NCBI GenBank assembly: GCA_950097015.1
Contig: CATNEN010000007.1
Coordinates: forward strand, 1,798,001 to 1,862,000
Direction of reading: 5' to 3'
Source: Macrostomum hystrix
Taxonomy: Eukaryota; Animalia; Platyhelminthes
Length of the DNA stretch: 64,000 nt
Numbering within the stretch: the first letter of the stretch is position 1; the number at the start of each line of letters is the position of its first letter. Shown piece after piece: positions 23,788-34,559 of this stretch. The notes below the pieces were generated by a model that ran no database searches, was not told where the DNA came from, and worked only from the letters and a program-made list of their open reading frames with translations. The position numbers and the translations under genes are program-made.

Positions 23788-25690
23788 CTCGCTATTATAG
23801 AGCGAGTGAACATTATTGTACCATGACTACGTGGCTATCGGGCGGGCTGATATTCGATTATTGCCATAGACGATGTCATTTTGGCCCGAAAAGTTGGGCC
23901 GATAATGGATTATTTTTGTGTATTTTAACGTATTTCAACAAAATAAACAAAACATCCAACAAAGCAGTTAGAGTCCAGAGCCAAAGCCTAATTTCGCAAA
24001 GCGACCTTTTTGCACTCACATATAAATGTAACATTTAGCCCCGTTCTTCTCCAAGACGATCGTCGGGCCGGATTTATCAGGCTGGCCAATAGTTGTGACG
24101 GCAGTTGGAACGCTGGATGACTTTTCGCAGAGTGCTTGTGCTTGATGTCTGACCACGCTCGATGTAGAGGCATGTAGACTATCTGTGATAGCCGAAGACA
24201 ATGCGCGCTTCTGGGCCACCGTTGTCCGCTTTGTATAACGGACAACACTATCCACCTTTTTGTGCCCAGAGGCGGTTTGAATCGCTTCGGCACTGAATCC
24301 AGCAGAAGACAGGTTTGTTATGGTTGTTGCGCGGATCGAATGGTTGGTGTAGTCCCGCGAGAGCCTGGCCGCTTTCGAGATCGTCTTCATCATGCTGGCC
24401 AATGTGTTCTTGCCCAATACATCTTTTGGGCAATACCATGCTCCATTCTGCCACTTGACGGCAGGCCTGGGAAACAGAGAGCCGTTCTCAGATGGAAGCT
24501 TCGAAAGATACAGTTTGATCGCTTCAACTGGGCACACAGATTTGTCTTGCACAGGAAAAATCCCAATCTCGCGATTGGACCGAGGGGCATCGGCGGACAC
24601 ACACTTTTCTTTCTTTTCTTTCTGCAAGTCAACGCACGTCATACCTCCGGTGGATTCCCGCAGAATGACATCATTTTTCTCAAGCGCTCGAATCCATTCA
24701 CGTCCACGAAAGGCAAAGTGTGAGCTCAGGACAAAGAAGACTTCCTGTTGCAGTTTCTGTGGCGAGCTCCGGTCGAAGTACGCATGCAACAACGCCAAAT
24801 CTTCAGGCTCCAATGCTCGATACCCACCGTCACCATCCATCACCGAAACAGGTTTCTTCAGAGAGTACGTAAGAGCAGCTTTGAAAGTCTTCTCAAAAGC
24901 GCTAAATTCAACATTGCCGATGATATCCAAACCTCGTAAATTCTTCAAATACCGGTAGATTCCTGCGCGCATGCATACCAGCGAACTGCAACTGTACGCC
25001 GTTCCATCATCCTTTTTAACTACCGAAAAATACAGGCGCAGATAGTGACATAAATATCGAGTCGGTATTGTCTCAAGTTGCGATGGCAGTCCTCGATCGT
25101 CAAGAAATTTTCGGAAACGAGCGACGTACGTAGCTGTTGCCTTCTCAGTAGACCAGACTTTGCCTAAGTCCTCCATCTTGGCAATTTCATTCAGATCTTC
25201 GTCAGTCAAAGCCTTACATGTGGACACTTCAGCCAGAAAACTCTCAATCATTTCCGTCTCAAGTACTGGCAGTCCCGTGGACTGATATACAGCTTCTTCC
25301 TCGCGCCGTCCATCACTAAGCGTGGTCACGAATTGAAGTTCGTCCGATGAGAGACCAGAAATTTCTTTCTCTAAAATTGCTTTGTAGTTCAACATGGTCG
25401 ATCTAGCATATGACGGTGAAGAAGAAAGAAGTCTAGCTTCTTTCTCTAGTTGTTTGCTTCTCTTTGCTTCATTATTCTTTATCTTATAATTGAACTGTAT
25501 AGTTTGTGATTAAATCATTTTGTCTATGGCTGATATGGTTTGTCTTGTTACTCAGCCACATAGTCTATGGTACAATCACAGTATTACCCAGGCTTTGCGG
25601 GCGATAATGAGAAATCCCTCGGGCGCCTTCGGCGCCCTCTGGCTTTCCCATTATCGCCCTGAAAGCCTGGGTAATAATATACTATTATGG
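23788..25690 (-). mobile_element. Crypton-like tyrosine recombinase DNA transposon (approximate boundaries)
   Basis: The YR ORF is flanked by imperfect bipartite inverted repeats (23815-23871 and 25522-25576). Hairpins lie outside both repeats (23788-23806 and 25582-25676). The exact termini were not determined. Confidence 0.7.
24016..25395 (-). CDS. Tyrosine recombinase of Crypton/DUF3504 type (459 aa, intronless, intact)
   Basis: The catalytic set appears in order: R in FAFRGRE, K-rich KEKKEK, HxxR in TNHSIRAT, H in ASGHK, Y in VVRY. The N-terminal core-binding region (KATATYVARFRKFL...YSCSSLVCMRAGIYRYL) is typical of DUF3504/KCTD1-ZMYM-like YRs. Confidence 0.88.
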   Translation of the reverse strand: MLNYKAILEKEISGLSSDELQFVTTLSDGRREEEAVYQSTGLPVLETEMIESFLAEVSTCKALTDEDLNEIAKMEDLGKVWSTEKATATYVARFRKFLDDRGLPSQLETIPTRYLCHYLRLYFSVVKKDDGTAYSCSSLVCMRAGIYRYLKNLRGLDIIGNVEFSAFEKTFKAALTYSLKKPVSVMDGDGGYRALEPEDLALLHAYFDRSSPQKLQQEVFFVLSSHFAFRGREWIRALEKNDVILRESTGGMTCVDLQKEKKEKCVSADAPRSNREIGIFPVQDKSVCPVEAIKLYLSKLPSENGSLFPRPAVKWQNGAWYCPKDVLGKNTLASMMKTISKAARLSRDYTNHSIRATTITNLSSAGFSAEAIQTASGHKKVDSVVRYTKRTTVAQKRALSSAITDSLHASTSSVVRHQAQALCEKSSSVPTAVTTIGQPDKSGPTIVLEKNGAKCYIYM

Positions 25691-25885
25691 TGATGCTGAA
25701 TGATGAAGCTGAGAATGCTGATTGGTCAAGCTGAGAAAGCTGAATGATGAAGCTGAGATGCTGAATGATCAAGCTGAGATGCTGAATTATCAAGCTGAGA
25801 TGCTGAATTATCAAGCTGAGATGCTGGATTATCAAGCTGAGATGCTGAATTATCAAGCTGAGATGCTGAATGATGAAGCTGATCA
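25690..25885. repeat. 21-bp minisatellite GCTGAGATGCTGAATTATCAA
   Basis: Direct inspection. Confidence 0.9.
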
Positions 25886-26224
25886 GGCTGTATTTATTGA
25901 TCGAGCTCAATAAATAAAAACCAACAAAACAGCGTGCAGGCGGATTTCAATTGAATCAATGGCCAACGAGCTCATCAGTAGCCAAAGCTTGTTAAACTTT
26001 TATTTTGCACTCACAATAACTTAAAACCGTGCTTTTAACAGTTTCACTCTGTAACACTTCTGGCTACCACAATGTGACGACACGATAAATAACACGTCAA
26101 AACTGACTTTATAACTTTTTGTGTTCAATAAAATTTTTCCAAGCGACACACACAACACAGCGAATAACGTTGTTTTGCAATCACGCTGAAGCTTTTTCCC
26201 GATAACCTAAAACTTAACAGTAAC

Positions 26225-26840
26225 CTTCTCAACCCAAGCTATAACCCAGTCACAACCCAAGCTGTAACCCAGTCACAACCCAAGCTGTAACCCAGTCACA
26301 ACCCAAGCTGTAACCAGTCAATCCAAGCTGTAACCCAGTCACAACCCAAGCTGTAACCTAGTCACAACCTAAGCTGTAACCAGTCAACCCAAGCTGTAAC
26401 CCAGTCACAACCCAAGCTGTAACCAGTCAACCCAAGCTGTAACCAGTCAACCCAAGCTGTAACCCAGTCACAACCCAAGCTGTAACCAGTCAACCCAAGC
26501 TGTAACCCAGTCACAACCCAAGCTGTAACCCAGTCACAACACAAGCTGTAACCTAGTCACAACCCAAGCTGTAACCTAGTCACAACCCAAGCTGTAACCC
26601 AGTCACAACCCAAGCTGTAACCTAGTCACAACCCAAGCTGTAACCTAGTCACAACCCAAGCTGTAACCCAGTCACAACCCAAGCTGTAACCCAGTCACAA
26701 CCCAAGCTGTAACCCAGTCACAACCCAAGCTGTAATCCAGTCACAACCCAAGCTGTAACCCAGTCACAACCCAAGCTGTAATCCAGTCACAACCCAAGCT
26801 GTAATCCTGTCACAAACCAAGCTGTAATCGAGTCACATTC
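26225..26840. repeat. 23-bp minisatellite AACCCAAGCTGTAACCCAGTCAC
   Basis: Direct inspection. Confidence 0.95.
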
Positions 26841-27025
26841 CCAGCTGAAACAAAGACAAGCTGTTTTCATTCCAGAAACATATTCTCAAAATGGTGAAAA
26901 TAATCTTAGCGACACAAAACAAGATACAGAATTGGGACAAACACAAACAGATTGAACTAGCGAACAAAGACCCGCTCACTAACAACACGCTAAACAATGA
27001 GTCCGCTAAACATAGCTAGCATTGA

Positions 27026-30000
27026 TCAGTCGCTAACGTCTCCCCCTTCAGGATTCTCCTCTTCTTCGTCGTCATCCTGACCGTCGCCTTCTTCGTCGTC
27101 CGACTCGAACGAATCGTTGGGAATGTCGTACAGTCGGATCATCTGCTTGTTGGGATCCTTCAGCACCAAGTACTTGCCGTTCGGCCGATCCATCAGCAGG
27201 TTGACTAGGCATTTGAAGATGCCCCAACAGTTCTCCATAGATAGGTTGATTTGGGAGGCGAATTCGCTAGGCTTGAACTGTTGCGTGCCCAGGATCACGT
27301 GCTTACTAGAGTCCTTGGGATTCACGCGAGACACGTAGCCAAGCTTGAGCTGGTCGGAGCCAGACAGGAGAGAGCACACTGTCCACTTAGCCAGCTTGAA
27401 GGCATTGTTCTTTAACTCGGCGGCCAGTACGGCGCCGCGCTGCGAGTCCATCTTGCTGCGCCAGTCCACTGCGCCGGGTACGCGCGGATCGAATTCGTTC
27501 AGCGCCTTGATGTTCATGAACTGCACCTCCTCGTTGGGGCCCTGCAATGCGAGAATATTGGCTCGCATTAGACACTACACTGGAAATAACATATTATTAG
27601 CATTGTTTAAATGAGCTGAGACTGCTCAACCCTGCTGATATGAGCTGAAACTGCTCAACCCTGCTGATGAGGTGCGACTGCTCAACCCTGCTGATATGAG
27701 CTGAAAATGCTCAACCCTGCTGATATGAGGTGCGACTGCTCAACCTGCTGATATGAGGTGCGACTGCTCAACCTGCTGATATGAGGTGCGACTGCTCAAC
27801 CTGCTGATATGAGCTGAAACTGCTCAACCCTGCTGATATGAGCTGAAACTGCTCAACCCTGCTGATATGAGGTGAGAGTCTAGAGTGCTCAACCCTGCTG
27901 ATATGAGGTGAGAGTCTAGAGTGCTCAACCCTGCTGATATGAGGTGAGAGTCTAGAGTGCTCAACCCTGCTGATATGAAGTGAGAGTCTAGAGTGCTCAA
28001 CCATGCTGATGTGAGGTGAGAGTCTAGAGTGCTCAACCCTGCTGATGTGAGGTGAGAGTCTAGAGTGCTCAACCCTGCTGATATGAAGTGAGAGTCTAGA
28101 GTGCTCAACCATGCTGATGTGAGGTGAGAGTCTAGAGTGCTCAACCATGCTGATGTGAGGTGAGAGTCTAGAGTGCTCAACCATGCTGATGTGAGGTGAG
28201 AGTCTAGAGTGCTCAACCATGCTGATATGAGCAGAGACAGCTCAACCTGCCGATCAGCTGAAACTGATTAGCTCTGCTGATATTACAGAAGAGACGACGG
28301 CTACTTAACCAAATTTAGATAATTTTGGTTATTTAGATAAAAACGAATTGAGACCTTACCTGAGTGACGGCATCGTGCTCGCAACGGACCACCAGGTTGA
28401 GCTTCTCTCCGCCCAGATTCCAGGATCGGTAGCGATAGCCAACGCTGGCAGCTTCCGCTTCGTCTTCCTCATCCTCAACGAAAGGATTCTTGTGATCGAA
28501 TGAGAATTTCTTGTCGCCGTTGCGCAACACCTGCTGACTAAAATTGTGATTGATGAAGGTGGCCTCAAGGCCCAGATTCTTGGCCGAGTTGAGGCCGTTA
28601 GCGGTGTCGTCCAAGATCTGATCAGCGGCGGTCTCGTGCACAGTCAGCAGATCGAAGTCGCTGCCCTGGCGCTTGTCAAAGAACAGAGTGTCGCCAACCT
28701 TCTGCACAACAATGTCCCAGCTGTAGTGGCTGCGAGTGCAGCACATGAGAGTGGCCAAGATGCTGTCAGTAACAAACAGGTTGCCTTTGCGCTCCTTTGC
28801 CAGCTTGCGAATCACGGGATCCAGGGTGGTGGTCACTGTGTGGATGACACGGTTAATGCGCTGCAGCTTGCGCTCGGCCTTGGTGGACACTCTGCATTTA
28901 GGCAATTATAAACTGTCAATTGCTCAGTTCTTTAAACTGCTTTGCCACCCTACCAACAATAGATGAAGAAATCTGTCTTACCTGTCGTAGGTCTTATCGT
29001 AGTACTCCATCTCGCCGCAGCTGTACAAATCATCGCCATTGGTGATATTGTTAAGCGGCACAGAAAGCTTAGATAAGCGCACAAAGTCCAGCTCTTCTAG
29101 TACAGCCCAGGACTCCTGCACAGTTACGGAAGATTCGCGATTAGCGATGCGCTGCGGCCGACGTTGATATTCCTGATTCTGGCGAGTCTGCTTCAGCCAC
29201 TTCTTCTGGTATTGCTGCTTCATGCGGAGCTGAGCCTTAGACAGCTGCTGATTGGCTAAGCCGGTGGCGCCGGCCATGGTGAAGCGCTGACGCTCGCGAC
29301 GCTGCCGTTGGGCATTGTTGATTCGCTGGAAGCGCTGCCTGGGGTTCAGCCTTGGCTGGGTCTTCTGTGTGTCCACTAGGACGAAGCTGCTCTCATCCTC
29401 TTCATGATAATAAGTGTACTGCGTGCCACCAGCATTTGCCAGGTGGGGCAGGTAGCGATCTGGTGGCAATGATCAATGGGCAGACTATGCATAATGATAA
29501 TTACCTGGACATTGAGTAGAATCTATAATAAGTATTTTCCTACTAATAGTAGCATGTAGCTAAAAAACACTTTAAATTTCAAGAATCGTGTAAATTCTGG
29601 AAGAAAACTGAATAAATTACTTACTCTGATAGCGCTTGTCCTGGTAGATACTGCCTGTCCAGTCAGCAACCTGTAGATAAAATGTTAAACATTATGCTTA
29701 ATGATTAATGAATTCCTTAAAATTCAGATTTTTCTATTGTTTTATTGAATTGTTTTGCTAGTCTTCCAAAAAGCAGATCAACCTGTTAGAAAGGCCTGCT
29801 GTTTACTGTTTTAGAAGTTTGAACAACCGATTCAGAGGGGATTAGTGAATCAAAAGCTTAAGACACCTTGAATTCTAGAAAACATCAATGAGTTAAGAGG
29901 CAACAGGATTTAAGCAGCTAAAATTGAACTCAATTTTAAGCTGAAAGTCTAGCCACTTAGGCAAGGCAGTTCGCAGAGCAGTTAACACATTTGCCTCTTG

Positions 30001-32361
30001 CACCACGGTCCCTAAGTTTGATTCCACAGTGTGGCTACATTTATTTGAGGAGAAGGCTTAGGGGCTTGTCTTGCAATTTACACTATTGAGGGCCAACCTC
30101 CAAGGCACAGTGAAGTGCATACTGCCTGATGATAAGAAAGTCAGGGCAGATATACACACCTGTGTGATTGTGTATAGTATCTGTGTGTGTGTATGCTCAG
30201 GAGTCAGTGAAGTAGGCAGTATTGCCTCCTCATTGGCTGTGGATCTAGTGTCACCAAATGATGTGCCACTGCTTGCAGCCCTCCATATAATCATTATATT
30301 TTTATATTACATAGAGGCTAGGTGACTAGACAGATGTTAGATGACTGACTTAGTGCACAAATTTAAGGAAAGGGTTTATAAGTAAACACCCTAGAAAAAT
30401 TTTTATGATAAACTTGACAAGTAACTTTAACAATAAACATGACATACTTGAATAATTACTGCAAAGTTTTCAATTTTTGAACTACATGTTGACTGACCTA
30501 ATTCTAGCCAAGTACTTAGATCTCCAACATGACAAGCTTTTTAAGTACAGTCAAGTACAAAGTACCATTGCTGACTTGACAAATTTGCAATTTTTTCCTT
30601 GGGCATTAGCAACATGAAGACTTTAGAGATTTAGTATAGTTGGATATCAGCTATTCTACAAGAAACTAAGCATCTAAGCAAAGAACCAAAGCAAATAGAC
30701 TGCCTCCTTCAAAGCATGACATATCAAATCAGCAGATAATGTTAACCATTGGCCTTACCCTTGGCCATAACTATTTTAGCCCAAAAGCATGTTTGCCTCC
30801 AACTGATTTGGCCTAGGCCCTATTTCTAAAACAATACAATAATCAATAATGTTATCTATATATTTATAAATGTTTCTTATTAGATAAATTTAACTAATTA
30901 TTAAGAAAGTATTTGATGTTTAACCACAAATACAGTAAATTGCCTACAAACTCATTTTGCTAAAATGTGGGTTTAGATTTTGTATTTGGTTTATCAATAA
31001 ATTTTGGACTAAGGTTTCAATTATTTGAGGCTTAATTACAACATAAAAGTGATATTTAGACTACTGAAGTATTCTAAAATATACTATCTAATATATTATA
31101 TTGATTGACTTGACTATTCAAGATTCTATATTTTGCAAACGAAAAATGTTAAAGTATGAAATCAGAATATGTGAATGTGGGCCAAAATGTTTGAGGCAAA
31201 AATGGTTTTGGCTGAAATTATTATGGCCAACATTGCTTGTGACTGCAACAACCAGAATTCGCAATAGTCATAGAGAAGTGACTCACTAAACTAAAAGGAA
31301 GTGCTTATTCCCACAGTCCCGTGCCAATATATTTTCAATTTTATCCACACGGATCTATGCCAATAATTTCTGCTTATATACATGGCAGCTTGTATGAATA
31401 GGTCTACAACTCTTTATATATGCCATGCCATTAATTTCAATTTTATCCACATGGATCTGTACCGATAATTCTCTGCCTGTCCACACTGCAGCTTGTTTTG
31501 CCGATAACTTTAAGAACTTAAAGCACATATTTTACAGGAACTGTGTAGCAATTTTCATGTACTATATACAACTGGTCATACATGTTTTTCCAGAACCTGC
31601 AGTTACCTGTAGTAGGGCCTCTTTTAATTACAAGCAATGCACACATTAAATTTCAAGTAATTATTAATTTTGAATAATATGTAACGTTGCTGACAATCGC
31701 ATGAAGAATTGCGCTGACGTTTGTATTGCACACACACTTAAAATATGATATAATGCACATGCGCAAATGATACTACTGACTTGTTACCATACAAAAATAA
31801 GGTTTCAGAAACTCAACGAAAGCATGTTAACTAGTTCCACACTTTCATCTGCAAATCTTTACAATTGTGTGTCCTTTGGACTTAGACGTTAAATTCTTGA
31901 GAGTTAAAACAGTGTCCCCATGCTTTTGTGGGACAATTTTCTTAGTTGTAGACCTATTCATACAAGCTACCGTGAGGATAAGCAGAAAATAATTGGCACG
32001 GATCCGTGTGGATAAAATTGAAATTATCGGCACAGGACCATGGGAATAAGCTCTGTCAAACAAAAAATATTTTTGTTGTTATATAAGAATAGCTACATTA
32101 ATACACGACAGTCATTACACAACTAAAGCCAAGTAAAAAACAGCTAGCTAGAAATTTCTTCATCTAATGAGCTACAAGGTACAACAAATCACATTTCTTA
32201 CGAAGGCAGAGAGAACTAACCTTTCCAATCCGCTGGTCTTTAGAGAATGGTTGGTAAGGCATATCTCGATATCGTTCAGGCAATGAGTAGGGACCCCAGC
32301 CATTAGGATTATCGTTTACTGCCAGTAAGCCAAAACTGGGAAGCGTGTCTTCCTCAGACAT
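27026..32361 (-). CDS. EIF3D: Eukaryotic translation initiation factor 3 subunit D, complete, 5 exons
   Basis: Exons 32361-32221, 29670-29625, 29459-28982, 28891-28360 and 27541-27026, with consistent phases 0,1,2,0. Motifs: NPNGWGP...[87 protein letters not shown], and an acidic tail. Confidence 0.96.
27612..28250. repeat. 27-36-bp minisatellite CTGCTGATATGAGGTGAGAGTCTAGAGTGCTCAACC; eIF3d intron 4
   Basis: Direct inspection. Confidence 0.95.
29960..30300 (+). mobile_element. SINE family 2, diverged full-length copy (eIF3d intron 1)
   Basis: Shares TTTGCCTC..CACC..GGTCCCT, TGCTCAGGAGTCAG and TCTAGTGTCACCAAATGATGTGCC with the other copies. Confidence 0.8.
31303..32051. mobile_element. Non-autonomous DNA element with ~110-bp imperfect terminal inverted repeats (within eIF3d intron 1)
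   Basis: GCTTATTCCCA...TTCAATTTTATCCACACGGATC...GCTTGTATGAATAGGTCTACAACT (31303-~31410) is mirrored at ~31945-32051. An extra internal sub-repeat lies near 31430. No TSD was recognised. Confidence 0.7.
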
Positions 32362-32943
32362 AGCTAACAACAAGATCCTACTGTGGCTTAAAATAGTATG
32401 TCTGTTACAGAAGAAAAATTTCAATCGCTTGGCTCTGATTCTTTTATCAACTTGAAATTTACTTACATTCAGTCGAATTATCGTATGCACGCATTCACGT
32501 TCCGGAGTGTGCAACGTCTGAAAAAATTAATTTAAATGTTTGGCATAAGTAGCATTATACCAAAGCAAACAATCTGTATCCTAAGGTTATTTTTTATAGC
32601 TCATTTCTTACTTTTTGCAGTATTCTTTATTTTATAAACTTACAAATAAGGTCGTATGTTTACAACCCATTAGTAATGATATAAAATGTTTCTTTTCTTA
32701 GAACTATCTAAAAGGAACTCACAGAAATTGCTAGTTAATTCAAGCCCATTTCGGTTCACAGATGATTTCCCTTGTTACCATTCTTTATTTTGGTTTTTTA
32801 ATATTTTTTGTATTGGTAATATTCTAATATACTTATACTTTGTTCCTTTTTTTAATTTCTCTGATGCTAAAATATAGTTGTAAGTAAATCGATCAAGTTA
32901 AACTATTATTATACTAAAACTAAAAGTCATACGAACTAGCTTA

Positions 32944-33478
32944 GGGGGTGAGTGGGTCAGCGGCTAATGTCGCTGCCTCACTTTCCAATGGTCGCTGGTT
33001 CGTTCCTCCCTTCAAGCCACGATTATTGTGGGCTTAGTTGGACGTTTGCGAAGTAGTGACTAGTGGAGATGCACCTACCTTATTATGTGCAACCAAAGCT
33101 AGGCCTAATTTAAAATAGCTTAACCCCTGCCTTCGGCATGCCCGCTTGTTTGTGCTTGTGTTTTGCGTTGAGCCAGGTGTGAGGCATTGTATTGGGGTGG
33201 GGCGGGTGTGCACCAATGTGTCCTCTTGTCCCTACCCTTCAGGCATCTAAGTCCTGCCCTGGTTTGGTCTGCTCTGTGCCTGTGCGGGCGTGGGGAGAGA
33301 GGCACTCTGGCTGCCGCCCCCTTCCCTGCCTGGCTTGCTGCTGTGTGTGGGGTGCCTGAGTCTAGGGGTCCAGATGGCATGATGGGTGACTCCTGCCTAG
33401 TTTGCTAGGCTGGGGGCATGCCATTCTTGTGCTTGTGCATCAAGTGCCCCAGACCCCCCTTGCAAATAAGTAAGTAAA
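32944..33478 (+). mobile_element. Third tRNA-headed SINE-like element (~535 bp, GT-rich body, GTAA tail), single copy in the window
   Basis: Head GGGGGTGAGTGGGTCAGCGG...GCTGGTTCGTTCC resembles the family 2 head. It is a GC island in AT-rich DNA and ends AATAAGTAAGTAAA. Confidence 0.55.
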
Positions 33479-34559
33479 GAACTAGCTGAAGGCCTAAATT
33501 TTAGTTTATCCATCATTCGCTGACACTGTGACAAATTTATGGCTTTTCTTTATATATATATTTAAATATATATTATATATCAATATTATATATATGTCTG
33601 GCTATATATTATTTATCATTATGATTAGCTATATAATATCATTAGGTGCCTATCTCTTGCTTAAAGTTAACAAGGCTTAGCTTGATATCCATTGTCATAG
33701 TGCTATGTCATAGCCAAGTTGGTTTGGCGGTACCTAGATACTTCATCATCTTTCAACTTTGTCATCCTGATGACAAACTATCTAGGATTTCAGAAAGTGG
33801 AAGAAGGTTGATTATAAAGTGACTCAGATTTGCGGAGACTTAATTTTCTATATATTATTTATAGATAGGTTTTTCAAAGTTTTTCCAGTCTTGGCACTCT
33901 TTTTTATTCTTTTTTCCTCCCCTCCTTCATTCTTCCTTCTTATATTATTTTTGGTAGGCAGCATTAACTTTAGTGGGCAAACAAAAAAACTGAATTTACA
34001 CTTTGTAATTTTTTACTTTATAACAGTCAGCTTTCTATATGAGGCATAATTTAATTTATTTATTTGTGTTTTGTATGATAGTATATACTTCATTATAGTA
34101 AAAAACTTTATCCAAATCTGTACAACAGCTATATTTCATAGCTGACAAAAAGGAAAAAATAGTATAAATGATTGGCTACCATTAGTAGATTTTGCCTTAT
34201 GCAATATAAATATAACTGTAGAAAAACTTAAGCTATATTGCAAGGGGATTTTTTGCCCTGGTCAACTAGCTAGACAATTGTGTCATTAATTCAGCTAATT
34301 ATTAGTTTTTGTTATGCATTCTTTTTAGAAAATTCACATGCATTGTTTCACTTTGAAAGTTATGTTATTTCAATAAAAATATATTGAATAACTTATATTT
34401 ATAATTTTGTTTCTAAGTTGCTAATTTCCTGCATTGATAATGGAACCATGTATTTATATATACAAATTGTTTTTCTTCCTAAGCACTATCATGTCAACAT
34501 TCTTATTTTATCATAAAATACCTTTTTCAGCCAAAACTAACATTATTGTTGCACTAAAG

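Noticed and set aside
24248-24958. Antisense and alternative-frame ORFs over the recombinase, and similar ones over CRAT, eIF3d, NIT-GC, tetraspanin and the transposases
   Set aside because: Shadow ORFs expected from GC-rich coding sequence, with no independent motifs.
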